Source: a candidate division FCPU426 bacterium (lineage in GTDB: Bacteria > Oederibacteriota > Muellerivitia > Muellerivitales > Muellerivitaceae). From it: 64,000 nt of DNA. The notes beneath the pieces are model-generated. The model was not told the DNA's origin. It saw only the letters and a list, made by a program, of their open reading frames with translations, and ran no database searches. A program made the position numbers and the translations under genes. Positions 29,566 to 39,230 of the stretch are shown in pieces (within the stretch, counting starts at the first letter, position 1; every line of letters begins with the position of its first letter). The stretch is taken from assembly GCA_963738405.1 (NCBI GenBank), contig CAVTWJ010000014.1:128001-192000 (forward strand). Direction: 5' to 3'.

Positions 29566-30129
29566 TCAGCTGATCCGCTTCAATACATTTCTGTCGGTGT
29601 GGTGAAAAATTTCCTTCTGCCCGGCAATCTGAATCTGGGTGTCCTGTTCGTAGCTGATCTCGTCCGGTCCCAAGATCTTAAGGGTATGCTCAAAGGCCAC
29701 GGTTTTGAATTCCTTATCCAAATAGGGGTTCGAGCAGATGCCAAAGATGTGCGAACCGAGCTTGGCCGTGACTGTAAATTGTTTGGCGTCATGTTCGACC
29801 TCTCCCCCCGCCAGCGCGGTCATGCCCCGCGGAATGATGGTGCTTCGAATAATCAGCTTCTTCGCCTCGTCCCAAAGAAGATACCCCGACTCTTCATGAA
29901 AGGGTTTCGTTTCAGTCAAACGCCAAGCGCGCAGGGAATAGTGAAGTCCCATAAGCCTTTGCTCGTGGTTGAAGGTGGCGCCCCGGGGATCAAAGAGGAT
30001 TTCCTCGCGGTACTTGTTGTTTTCTTTCCCCAGATCATCGCCTGGGGCGATGTCGTCACCTTTGTCCCCATGCCATTTGCCGATGAGGGCCCCCAGCGGG
30101 CCGTATTCTTTCAATTCATTCTTGTACAT
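29566..30129 (-). CDS. FABP/nitrobindin-like heme-binding beta-barrel protein
   Basis: GPL..LIGKW.G.KG.D, PFHEESGY.LWD, IPRG, SNPYL, FHHTDRN. Confidence 0.8.
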   Translation of the reverse strand: MYKNELKEYGPLGALIGKWHGDKGDDIAPGDDLGKENNKYREEILFDPRGATFNHEQRLMGLHYSLRAWRLTETKPFHEESGYLLWDEAKKLIIRSTIIPRGMTALAGGEVEHDAKQFTVTAKLGSHIFGICSNPYLDKEFKTVAFEHTLKILGPDEISYEQDTQIQIAGQKEIFHHTDRNVLKRIS

Positions 30130-30182
30130 AATAATATCTCCTTTTGAATTTCCCTTTCACCCGCATCAATAAAGCTATACGG

Positions 30183-31220
30183 CTAGGCTTTATTCTCAAA
30201 TCCGTTTAGTCGATATAAGAAAATGGAAAAGATCCAACCTGCCGTGAATATACCGACGACCACAAAACCAAAGTTCGTGAGGTCGTTGTTAAGGGCCTCC
30301 ACAACCCCAAAGGCACCGCCCCGAATCCCTAATTGTTTGGAGATGAGCCCCAGGGCTTCCACCGACCCAATCAATAGGGCCACCAACACCGAAAGGGATG
30401 TGAGGGTCAAGTTGTACCAAAGCTTTCGCAAGGGATGAATAAAAGCCCAGCCATAGACCCCCGTCATAAGAACACTATCGATCGTGTCCACCAGGGCCAT
30501 TCCGGCAGTGAAAAGCACTGGAAAAACCATCGTCGCTCCAAAGGGCAAGCCTTGGGCCGATTGAAAAGCCGCGATGCCCAGAAGGCTGATCTCTGTGGCC
30601 GTATCGAACCCCAAGCCAAAAAGAAAACCCACCAGATACATATGACGGCTTTCAGAAACACTATTGAGAAAAGGTTTGAAGATACGCGATAAAAAACCCC
30701 GGTCCCAAAGGAGGCCGTCAAGTTCCTCCGAGTCACAGGTTTCACCCCGTTGTTCGCGCCGGAATGCCTTCCAGATGTTTTTTAACACAAAAAGATTGGC
30801 CAGGCCGATACCGACCAAAAAGAAGGCTGAAATTGCTGTGCCAAAAACACCGCCAATAACCCTTAAACCCTCCAGGCGGTCTTGGGACAAACCGACCACG
30901 GCCACCAGGACCGCCGAAGCCAAGACCACCACCGTCGAATGACCCAAAGAAAAGAAAAACCCGGCCGAAATGGGCTTCCGGCCCTCCTGCATGAGCTTTC
31001 GCACCACATTATCGATGGCCGCGATATGGTCGGCATCCACCGCGTGACGAAGTCCAAAGAGATAAGCCAGAAAAGCTGTCCCTAAAAGCATCGGGCTATG
31101 GCCGAAAGCCATCCAAGCCCAGGCCCAGGCCCCCAAATTGAAAACCAGAAGCCAAAAGAAAAGCCCGGCAGTTTTGGTCCGCGCGTCTTGAATCCCGTCG
31201 TCGAATAGATTGAGCCGCAT
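30183..31220 (-). CDS. HoxN/HupN/NixA (NiCoT) nickel/cobalt transporter
   Basis: RHAVDADHIAAIDN, FSLGHSTVV, LFGLGFDTATE. Confidence 0.95.
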   Translation of the reverse strand: MRLNLFDDGIQDARTKTAGLFFWLLVFNLGAWAWAWMAFGHSPMLLGTAFLAYLFGLRHAVDADHIAAIDNVVRKLMQEGRKPISAGFFFSLGHSTVVVLASAVLVAVVGLSQDRLEGLRVIGGVFGTAISAFFLVGIGLANLFVLKNIWKAFRREQRGETCDSEELDGLLWDRGFLSRIFKPFLNSVSESRHMYLVGFLFGLGFDTATEISLLGIAAFQSAQGLPFGATMVFPVLFTAGMALVDTIDSVLMTGVYGWAFIHPLRKLWYNLTLTSLSVLVALLIGSVEALGLISKQLGIRGGAFGVVEALNNDLTNFGFVVVGIFTAGWIFSIFLYRLNGFENKA

Positions 31221-31669
31221 AAAGGGTCTCCTTGGATATTCCGGTTATCATCTTCTTCGAGTTGATCCGTTCGGCTAATGACTTCAATCATATAAATTTT
31301 TCAATGGCAATCCCCTCCAGCAATTGGAACCAGAAGGCGGCAAGGGATGACGATCACCAGACCCAGCAAACAAAATTGAGTTCATAACGGAAAAATTTTT
31401 AAGCTCTGGCAGAAATTTCTGTAAACAAATCCGCTTTACTCAATCTGAATCCCGAAATGCTTGTTCAACCCCATAAAATCAATACTTCTAAACGAAAATT
31501 AGCCTTACCCCAATAAATGGGCCTGGATTTCATCCCACGAGGGGTTTAGGCTGAAGATAGTGAGGAGGTTCACAAAAAACCGCTTCAAATACCATCCGCC
31601 TGTTCCGGCCAGGAAACGCAAAAACCAACCGGGCGTGGATGATCTCGATGTAAGTTAGGGAGATCACCC

Positions 31670-33250
31670 TTGAAAGATTTTCTCGATAAATCCATTCGAA
31701 AAATCGCCGAAGCAAAAAATCGGGCGGTTGAACGCGCCGGGAAACTCCAGGAATTTTCCCACATCACGACAAAATCTTCCCTCTTGGACTTGGTCGGCAA
31801 AAAGCTCAAGGACCGTAAATTAATCCTGGTCTCCAACCGAGAACCCTACGCCCATGTCTATCAGGGCGATCAAATTGCCGTTATCCGCAACGCCGGGGGG
31901 CTGACCATTGCCCTGGATTCCATCGCCAAGGCTTTCCATTCCATATGGGTCTGCCAAGGCAGCGCCAAGGCTGATTTCAAAGTCACCGACCCGGACGGCC
32001 TAGTCGCTGTTCCCCCGAACGAGCCCAGTTACCACTTGAAGCGCCTCAAACTCACCCGAAGGGAGGAACAGGGCTTCTATGAGGGGTTTTCCAACGAAAC
32101 CCTTTGGCCCTTGTGCCACGTATGCTACGTGCGCCCCAAATTTTCCCCCTCCGATTGGCAGACCTATGAAGAGGTCAATCTTAAATTCGCCCTGGCTGTA
32201 GCCGATACGGCGCCCAAGGGAAGCCTGGTTTTTCTTCAGGATTACCACCTCTGCCGTGTGGCCCATCATTTGAAGGCTGTCAGGCCGGATCTCATCACCG
32301 CCCTCTTTTGGCATATCCCCTGGCCCAACCCGGAGATTTTCCGGATCCTTCCCTGGAAAAAAGAAGTGCTGGAAGGTCTTCTGTCAAACGACATTTTGGG
32401 TTTCCACCTGAAGTACCACGCCGAAAACTTCCTGGAAACAGTGGGATTGGAATTGGAATGCCGGATCGATTGGGAAAAATCCAGGGTGGAGCGGGGCGAT
32501 AGAATCACTCAGGTGAACGCCTATCCTATTTCCATCGACTTCGATTCCATATTCCGCCAATCCGAAAGCCCTTGGGTTTCAAAAACCTGCGGGACGCTTA
32601 CGGTCGAACAGCGCCTAGGCGGGTTGAAGCTCATCCTGGGCGTGGATCGCCTGGATTACACCAAGGGAATCCCCGAAAGGCTGGAAGCCTTCGACCGGTT
32701 GCTGGATACTCACCCCGAACACCTGGGGCGGGTCAAATTGATTCAGATCGGGGTTCCCAGCCGCACCGGCCTTGAGGATTACCAACAGGTCGTGGCACAA
32801 ATTGAGGAGAAATGCGCCGCGCTCAACGCCCGTTATTCGAACGAGGACTGGGAACCGGTTCTTTTTCTGAAGGGCCACCAGGACTTCGACACCCTCCTTC
32901 CCTACTACCGTATGGCGGAAGTCTGCGTGGTAAGTTCCCTGCACGACGGAATGAATCTGGTGGCCAAGGAGTTCGTCGCGGCCTCCGGCAATGACCGGGG
33001 AGTTCTGGTCCTTTCCCGTTTCACGGGCGCGGCCCGGGAACTGGAACCGGCCCTCCTCGTGAACCCCTACGATACCGTCTCCTTCGCAGAGGTCCTGCAT
33101 CAGGCCTTGACCATGCCTCCTGAGGAACAAAAAGCCCGTCTGGACCGCATGCGCATGACGGTGGCCGAGAACAACATTTACGCTTGGGCCCAGGCCATCC
33201 TGAGCGACGCCATAAGGCTTGCCGAGCATCAGTCCCTGGAAAGGGGTTGA
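31670..33250 (+). CDS. otsA: trehalose-6-phosphate synthase
   Basis: SNREP, AGGL, LWPLCH, QDYHL, WHIPWP, GVDRLDYTKG, DGMNLVAKE. Confidence 0.95.
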   Translation: MKDFLDKSIRKIAEAKNRAVERAGKLQEFSHITTKSSLLDLVGKKLKDRKLILVSNREPYAHVYQGDQIAVIRNAGGLTIALDSIAKAFHSIWVCQGSAKADFKVTDPDGLVAVPPNEPSYHLKRLKLTRREEQGFYEGFSNETLWPLCHVCYVRPKFSPSDWQTYEEVNLKFALAVADTAPKGSLVFLQDYHLCRVAHHLKAVRPDLITALFWHIPWPNPEIFRILPWKKEVLEGLLSNDILGFHLKYHAENFLETVGLELECRIDWEKSRVERGDRITQVNAYPISIDFDSIFRQSESPWVSKTCGTLTVEQRLGGLKLILGVDRLDYTKGIPERLEAFDRLLDTHPEHLGRVKLIQIGVPSRTGLEDYQQVVAQIEEKCAALNARYSNEDWEPVLFLKGHQDFDTLLPYYRMAEVCVVSSLHDGMNLVAKEFVAASGNDRGVLVLSRFTGAARELEPALLVNPYDTVSFAEVLHQALTMPPEEQKARLDRMRMTVAENNIYAWAQAILSDAIRLAEHQSLERG

Positions 33251-33253
33251 CCC

Positions 33254-34051
33254 ATGAGCGAAATCCTTCCCTTCTTCCCCGTGGGATTTTCCCAAGCCGG
33301 ACCTGATCTTTTTTCCCGGGAGCCCCGGCTCCTTTCGCTGGATTTTGACGGCACCCTAGCGGAAATAGCGTCTACGCCCGAAGCGGCGAGGATGACGGAT
33401 GATTTTCGAATTCTGCTCAAGGGCCTTTCCCTCCTTCCCCGGACCAAGCTCGTTATCCTGAGCGGTCGGTCGGTCCCCGATATCAAGGCCAAGATTCGGG
33501 TTCCGGGAATCGTTTTCGTCGGCAATCACGGGTTGGATTTTTCCCCTCCTTCGGCGGGTTGGGGCATTTCCGCCCTGAGCGAATGGACCCGTAAAACGGT
33601 TGAGGTCCGGGAAAGACTGAGTCTCCTGGTAAAAAAATGGCCGGGGGCTTTCCTAGAAGCCAAGGGCCCCGACCTGAGCCTTCATTACCGCCTATTAAAA
33701 CCCGAACTGGCCCTACAACTCATTCCTGAGGCCCTGGGCGCCATTCAGGATCTTCCAGTCGTGACACGCGAGGGAAAATGCGTGCTGGAATTCAAACCGA
33801 AGGGCGCACCCGGCAAGGGGGAAGCGCTGGAGCGCTTGGCAGACCGCTTTTTTAAAGCCAATGAGGAAGGCCTTTGCCTCCATATGGGGGACGATCAAAC
33901 CGACGAGGAAGCTTTCCAGGCCCTGCGCAACATGGGGAGACGGGGCCTTGGGGTGAAGGTGGGGCCTGGCCCCTCCCGCGCCCACTTCCGGCTATCGGGG
34001 CCCCCGGAAGTTTATCGGTTTTTGAAACTATTTATGTCGGCGGAACTTTAA
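33254..34051 (+). CDS. otsB: trehalose-6-phosphate phosphatase
   Basis: LDFDGTL, SGR, GNHG, LHYR, GDDQTDE. Confidence 0.95.
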   Translation: MSEILPFFPVGFSQAGPDLFSREPRLLSLDFDGTLAEIASTPEAARMTDDFRILLKGLSLLPRTKLVILSGRSVPDIKAKIRVPGIVFVGNHGLDFSPPSAGWGISALSEWTRKTVEVRERLSLLVKKWPGAFLEAKGPDLSLHYRLLKPELALQLIPEALGAIQDLPVVTREGKCVLEFKPKGAPGKGEALERLADRFFKANEEGLCLHMGDDQTDEEAFQALRNMGRRGLGVKVGPGPSRAHFRLSGPPEVYRFLKLFMSAEL

Positions 34052-34071
34052 CCCTACCAAAGGAGAAAATA

Positions 34072-34755
34072 ATGGATACGACCACAAACGGAAATTTCTG
34101 GATGGCTCCTCTGCAGGATTTGGCGAACGACTTTGGAAGTTGGGCTCCCCATCTTTTGGCCGCCCTGCTGGTGCTGGCCGTGGGGTTGGTGGCGGCTTGG
34201 CTTTGCCGTTATCTAGCCACTGCCCTTTTCACACTGCTCAAACTTGAGACAAAGTTTCAAGGCCTATGGTTTTTCAGGCTTTGGACCCGCGGCCTTCACG
34301 GGCGTAAACCCACCGATGCCATGACGGCTTTTATTTTTTACCTTATCCTTTTCATGACCATCCTGGTGGCCATCCGAATGCTGGGGGTGGAGGGAGGCCA
34401 AGCCATCCTTTCCTCGCTCTTGGGGGTTGTTCCACGGGTCTTGAGTTTCATGCTGATCCTTTTTCTGGGAACCCTCCTAGCCATGTTTTTCTCGGTGGTG
34501 GCCCAGCTGGCTCTCGTTGGTTCCGGTGCCCAGCATCCCAGTTTCTGGGGTAAGGTGATCGCCTGGAGCACCTTCGCGGTCACGGTGATGTTTTCCCTGG
34601 AACCCCTGGGGCTGGTCGGCCAATTCTTGACCACCGCCGTCTTTATTGTCTTGGGTGTGATGGGTTTGGCCGTCGCCATCGCCTTCGGTTTGGGCTGTAA
34701 AGACTTGGCCCGTGAATTCGTCATCGAACTTTTGAAGGAAGACAAGCCGGATTAA
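34072..34755 (+). CDS. mechanosensitive-channel-associated TM-helix protein (CmpX/Msc-like)
   Basis: P.LLAALLVL..G, VPRV, ALAFGLG-like AIAFGLGCKDLARE; AAGGAG SD; start reassigned to MDTTT. Confidence 0.7.
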   Translation: MDTTTNGNFWMAPLQDLANDFGSWAPHLLAALLVLAVGLVAAWLCRYLATALFTLLKLETKFQGLWFFRLWTRGLHGRKPTDAMTAFIFYLILFMTILVAIRMLGVEGGQAILSSLLGVVPRVLSFMLILFLGTLLAMFFSVVAQLALVGSGAQHPSFWGKVIAWSTFAVTVMFSLEPLGLVGQFLTTAVFIVLGVMGLAVAIAFGLGCKDLAREFVIELLKEDKPD

Positions 34756-34768
34756 GGGAACCTTTCCC

Positions 34769-35518
34769 ATGAACTCATTCCTTTTCCGGTCCTCGGTCGA
34801 ATCGGTCCAATTGACCGGGCTCAAGGCCGCCAGCCTTTCCGAACTGGAAGAGGGACTTCGCCGGGTGGATGAAACCTCCATTTACCACCATACCCACCGC
34901 TTTTACCGGTCCCATTCCTTCCTCGGACCTTCGGACCGGTCCGATTTCGCCCTGTGGGTGGCTGAGAACCTGAAAGAGGCTATAGTTGCGGAACGAATGG
35001 GGGCCCTAGACTTGCGGGATTACGGTTCCATCCAGGAATTGAGGGAGGCGATCCTCACCACGCTCGACCCGTTAAGGGAAGCACCCGAACGATGGAATCG
35101 CAGCGTCCCCCCGGGACTGGAATTTCACTTCTGCCGGTCCACCAGTCTGGTTCTTCCCGCCCGTTACGAAGCCCGGAATTTGGAAGAATTTCTTTTTGCC
35201 CTGGAACGGGTGGACATTTCCTGCATTTATTTCCACCTGATTGAGGCCCCTTTGCATCTGGCCCCGGCGGAACGGCGTTTCAACAACGATTTTTCCCAAT
35301 GGCTGTCCGAAGGCCTAGGAATGCAAGCCCAGGCCCAGGCCGTCGCCAACCTGGACCCCTACCGGTCCGATCTGGAAACCCTCCGTCGGGACTTGATTTC
35401 GATTTTCCGCAGAGACCGCTTAAAAGCCGCCGTGCGGCGCGTTCTGGAAAGGATCCCCTCCCAGCCAGCGGGTGAGGCGGCGACACTTTGGCTTCGCCGC
35501 TTCCGAAAGGAATCCTAA
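34769..35518 (+). CDS. DUF5752 family protein (OrfY-like)
   Basis: Two internal repeats: SLSEL..SIYHH..SDFALW and NLEEF..CIYFH..NDFSQW; directly upstream of treT. Confidence 0.75.
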   Translation: MNSFLFRSSVESVQLTGLKAASLSELEEGLRRVDETSIYHHTHRFYRSHSFLGPSDRSDFALWVAENLKEAIVAERMGALDLRDYGSIQELREAILTTLDPLREAPERWNRSVPPGLEFHFCRSTSLVLPARYEARNLEEFLFALERVDISCIYFHLIEAPLHLAPAERRFNNDFSQWLSEGLGMQAQAQAVANLDPYRSDLETLRRDLISIFRRDRLKAAVRRVLERIPSQPAGEAATLWLRRFRKES

Positions 35519-36769
35519 ATGTCATCCCCCTATGCGGATTACCGCTCTATCATCGGAAGGTCGGAACATGATTTGATCGCAAGATTGGCTGGGCATTTGC
35601 GGGGTCAAACCGCTGTCATGGTCAACTCCACCCGGGATGGAGGCGGGGTGGCCGAAATTTTAATGAACATGGTTCCCCTCCTGAATGAATTGGGGGTGGA
35701 TATCACCTGGGAAGTCATAGAAGGACGGCCCGATTTCTTCTCCATGACCAAGACCCTGCACAACGCCCTGCACGGGCGTCCCGAACCCCTGACCCCTGCC
35801 ATGGTCAAAGCTTATTGGGAAGTATCCGAGATGAATGCAGACAAACTGAAGGGCCGGTTGGACAAATCTATCATTTTTATCCATGACCCACAGCCCGCCG
35901 GGCTCTTGAGGCATTTAAAGAAGGCTGGACAAAGCTGGATCTACCGCTGCCACGTCGATGTATCCAGCCCCTATCCACCCGCATGGGATTTCCTGGGTCC
36001 GATCATGGAGGAATACCATGCCTCGGTTTTCTCCCATCCCAGTTTCGCCCAGAAAATGGCCATGCCTCAGTTCCTCATCGCCCCCTCAATTGATCCCCTG
36101 GCCGCCAAGAACAAGCCGATCCCCGGGGAATTTATCCTCAAGACCCTGGCGCGGTACCACTTGGATTCAAGCCGCCCTCTCATTACCCAGGTTTCCCGTT
36201 TCGATAAGTTGAAGGACCCCCTAGGAGTGATTGAGGCTTTTAAAAAGGTCAAGAAAACCCATTCCAACGTTCAGCTTCTTCTGGCTGGGGGCGCCGCCTC
36301 CGATGACCCAGAGTCCGTCCATATTCTTCCCGCCATCCAGGAAGCGGCGGGGAAGGACGATTCCATCCATATTCTGGACCTGCCCCCTTTCTCCGATCTG
36401 GAGATCAACGCGCTCCAGAGGGCCAGCGCGGTGGTGCTGCAGAAATCCCTCAAGGAAGGTTTTGCCCTGACCGTGACGGAAGCGCTTTGGAAAGAACGGC
36501 CCGTGGTGGCCATGGCGGTTGGGGGCATTCCATTACAGGTTTTACCCGGCAAGACGGGTTACCTGGTGCATACGGTGGAAGGAACGGCGGCGGCCATCCG
36601 GCATATCCTCAACAACCCACAAGAGGCTGCCCAATTGGCGAAAAACGGGCGGGAGCATGTCCGGCAGAATTTTCTGGTCACCCGCCATATCCGGGATTAC
36701 ATAAGCCTGTTCTTGTGTGTCCTCAATCCGGGAAAACCGGTTTTGAGGCTTGAGGACCATGCGGGTTGA
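35519..36769 (+). CDS. treT: trehalose synthase glycosyltransferase (GT4)
   Basis: VNST..GGGVAEIL, HDPQP, RCHVD, PSIDP, QVSRFD..KD, QKSLKEGFALTVTEA. Confidence 0.9.
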   Translation: MSSPYADYRSIIGRSEHDLIARLAGHLRGQTAVMVNSTRDGGGVAEILMNMVPLLNELGVDITWEVIEGRPDFFSMTKTLHNALHGRPEPLTPAMVKAYWEVSEMNADKLKGRLDKSIIFIHDPQPAGLLRHLKKAGQSWIYRCHVDVSSPYPPAWDFLGPIMEEYHASVFSHPSFAQKMAMPQFLIAPSIDPLAAKNKPIPGEFILKTLARYHLDSSRPLITQVSRFDKLKDPLGVIEAFKKVKKTHSNVQLLLAGGAASDDPESVHILPAIQEAAGKDDSIHILDLPPFSDLEINALQRASAVVLQKSLKEGFALTVTEALWKERPVVAMAVGGIPLQVLPGKTGYLVHTVEGTAAAIRHILNNPQEAAQLAKNGREHVRQNFLVTRHIRDYISLFLCVLNPGKPVLRLEDHAG

Positions 36770-36810
36770 CTCATGCGTTTCACTCGTCTAATGAGAAAGA
36801 GGATAAAGCC

Positions 36811-37080
36811 ATGGATATCCAGGAACACCAGATGGGCGGAAAAGTGAAAAAGAGTTTTGCTTTTTTGGGTTCTTTCATTTTGATGCTGCTGATTACTTAC
36901 GTCGATTACGTGAGCGGCATTGAGGTCCACCTGACCGTCCTGCTTCTCATTCCTGTTTATTTCGCCACTTGGTATTCGAGCTTCACCGGTGGAGCCCTCC
37001 TCTCCCTTCTGGGCGCCTCCAGTCTGATCATGGACCCACTTTTGGAAAGAAAAATCTATCCCCAAAGGAGGCTGGTATGA
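36811..37080 (+). CDS. small membrane protein resembling a truncated membrane sensor domain
   Basis: YVDYVSGIEV..LLLIPVYFATW resembles N-terminal sensor regions of GGDEF proteins/kinases; no output domain. Confidence 0.45.
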   Translation: MDIQEHQMGGKVKKSFAFLGSFILMLLITYVDYVSGIEVHLTVLLLIPVYFATWYSSFTGGALLSLLGASSLIMDPLLERKIYPQRRLV

Positions 37081-37331
37081 AACTCAACATCAAATCTTTC
37101 GGATTAGCTTGTGGCCTGTTTTGGGGTGTGGGCCTTTTCGGCCTGACCTGGTGGGTCATTCTGTTGGAGGGCCCAACCCACGATCTCTTGGTGATCGGGC
37201 ACATTTATAGGGGTTATGACGTGAGCCCCTTGGGCAGCTTAGCAGGCCTTGGCTACGGCCTGGTGGATGGCGGTGTGGGCGGAGCCCTCTTCGCCTGGAC
37301 CTACAACATACTCAACGCAAAGTTAAAATAA
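37077..37331 (+). CDS. small 2-TM membrane protein (putative holin-like family)
   Basis: MKLNIKSFGLACGLFWG, YRGY..S..G, GLVDGG..GALFAW.YN; AAGGAGG SD. Confidence 0.65.
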   Translation: MKLNIKSFGLACGLFWGVGLFGLTWWVILLEGPTHDLLVIGHIYRGYDVSPLGSLAGLGYGLVDGGVGGALFAWTYNILNAKLK

Positions 37332-37355
37332 CGGCTAAGATATCAAGTTGGTACT

Positions 37356-38624
37356 TTACTTAAGACTTTTTCCGACTCCGTAATGTTTGAGGAGTCGGCT
37401 CATGGTAAGCCCCTGGACTAGGACCGAAAACAAAACCACTCCATAAGTCGCAGCCAAAATCATCCCCTTTTCCGGAATAGCCGGCAAAGAAAGCGCCATT
37501 GCGATCGAAAGCCCTCCCCTCAAGCCTCCCCAGGTGAGGATAGGCACGATTCCCTTCCGAGCCTTATGCCAGTGAAGCAAACTGACCGGCAGGAGAACCG
37601 ATAGATATCTTGAAAGGAGGGCGATCAGAATCGCCGCTAAAACGGTTAACATGATGCGCGGCGATAGGACAGTTTCGAAAACTTCCAGGCCGATCAAAAG
37701 AAAAAGAACGGCGTTTAGGATGTCATCAACCATTCCCCAGAAGGTATCTACGTGTTCCACCGTTTTGGGGCTCATGGCCAAGCGCTTTCCCTGGTTACCG
37801 GTCAGAAGACCCGCCACCACTACCGCGATGGGGCCGGAAACACCCAGGCGAAAAGAGAGGGAGTAGGTGAACATGACCAGGGCCAGGGTAATCAGAAGCT
37901 CCAATTGGTGGTAATTGATGCTTTTGAGCATCCGGAAGGCTAGGTAGCCTAAGCCCAGGCCCAATAGCACCCCGCCCGCCACTTCCTGAAAAAACAAAAC
38001 GATCAAAGGAAGGACATGGAAAGATAAAGCGGCCTCGCCCGCCCCGCTTAAGCCCGCCAGCGAAACCAAGGCAAAAAAAACCACGACGGCCACCCCATCA
38101 TTGAAAAGGGATTCACCGGCAATTGTGGCTTCAAAATCCTTTGGGGCGTGGAGTTCCTTCAGCAGACCCAAAACCGCGATGGGATCGGTGGGTGAAATGA
38201 GTGCCCCGAACACAAGACAGATCGGCAGGGATATTTCCATTCCAAGGGCTCTGAATATCCCATAGGCCAAAGCGCCCACCATTGCCATTGAAAGGAGAAC
38301 CCCAAGGGTCGCCAAAGCGACAATCGTCCACTGGTTGGCCTTGAGATCCTCGAACTTGACATGCAAGGCGCCCGCAAAAAGGAGGTAGCACAGCATCCCA
38401 TGCATCAGCGCCTGATTAAAATCGACACCCGATAGAAACACCTTTATAACCGCCATCAGATGGAGGTTCGGAAAAAATCCATTAATAGCGAACAGGGCAA
38501 AGGAAGATAAAAGGGTGATGGTTAAAATTCCGGTGGTGGCAGGCAACCGGAGGAAACGGTAGTTGATGTAACCAAAAGCCCCAGCCAGGGTAATTAAAAC
38601 GGCCGCAATATCAAAAAAACTCAT
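37356..38624 (-). CDS. nhaP: CPA1 Na+/H+ antiporter (NhaP-type)
   Basis: LLFAGAL, SPTDPIAV, GESLFNDG, WGGLRG. Confidence 0.92.
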   Translation of the reverse strand: MSFFDIAAVLITLAGAFGYINYRFLRLPATTGILTITLLSSFALFAINGFFPNLHLMAVIKVFLSGVDFNQALMHGMLCYLLFAGALHVKFEDLKANQWTIVALATLGVLLSMAMVGALAYGIFRALGMEISLPICLVFGALISPTDPIAVLGLLKELHAPKDFEATIAGESLFNDGVAVVVFFALVSLAGLSGAGEAALSFHVLPLIVLFFQEVAGGVLLGLGLGYLAFRMLKSINYHQLELLITLALVMFTYSLSFRLGVSGPIAVVVAGLLTGNQGKRLAMSPKTVEHVDTFWGMVDDILNAVLFLLIGLEVFETVLSPRIMLTVLAAILIALLSRYLSVLLPVSLLHWHKARKGIVPILTWGGLRGGLSIAMALSLPAIPEKGMILAATYGVVLFSVLVQGLTMSRLLKHYGVGKSLK

Positions 38625-38721
38625 TTAGAACTCTTTAAATAATTTATTGAAACAACCCGATCTTTTCTTCTATAGATCATATAATAAATCACCATCAAAA
38701 TAGCCTTGCTAGGGGATCACT

Positions 38722-39129
38722 TTGCCATCACCTATCCACTCTCATGAGGTTATCATCCGCGAACAGCATTTGGACACCTTCGGGCATGTCAACAACGCCG
38801 CCTACATGGTGCTTTTTGAGGAAGCCAGGTGGGAATGGATCACCCTCAATCGGTTCGGCGTGGAACGCGTCAAGGAAGTCCAATACGGCCCGGTGCTGTT
38901 AGAAGCCACGGTGCGTTTTAAGCGCGAGATCAAGTTGCGGGAAAAGATCCGCATCACCACGATGCTGAAAGAGCAAAAGGGCCTGATCAGCTACGTCTAT
39001 CAAGAGATGATTAAAGAAAACGACCAAGTAGGGGCGGACGGCACCTTCGTGATAGGCCTTTTTGATCTTAAAACCCGAAAATTGATGAAACCCACCCCTG
39101 AATGGAAAAAAGCCATCGGGTTGGAATAA
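38722..39129 (+). CDS. acyl-CoA thioesterase (4HBT/YbgC hotdog fold)
   Basis: LDTFGHVNNAAY..FEEAR. Confidence 0.9.
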   Translation: MPSPIHSHEVIIREQHLDTFGHVNNAAYMVLFEEARWEWITLNRFGVERVKEVQYGPVLLEATVRFKREIKLREKIRITTMLKEQKGLISYVYQEMIKENDQVGADGTFVIGLFDLKTRKLMKPTPEWKKAIGLE

Positions 39130-39230
39130 GCCTTTTTCTTCAAATAACCCAACTAACAAAACTTTTAGGGGCTTACAAAGGGCCCCGACTGCGTCAAAAC
39201 CTTAGCAATGAATCTTTGAGGATGGTATTC

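Noticed and set aside
31221..31669. Metal riboswitch or NikR operator upstream of the NiCoT gene
   Set aside because: Only a short ATGA..TCAT dyad with non-canonical spacing; no recognisable riboswitch consensus
37077..37331. Prophage implied by the holin-like gene
   Set aside because: No endolysin, structural genes or integrase anywhere in the window
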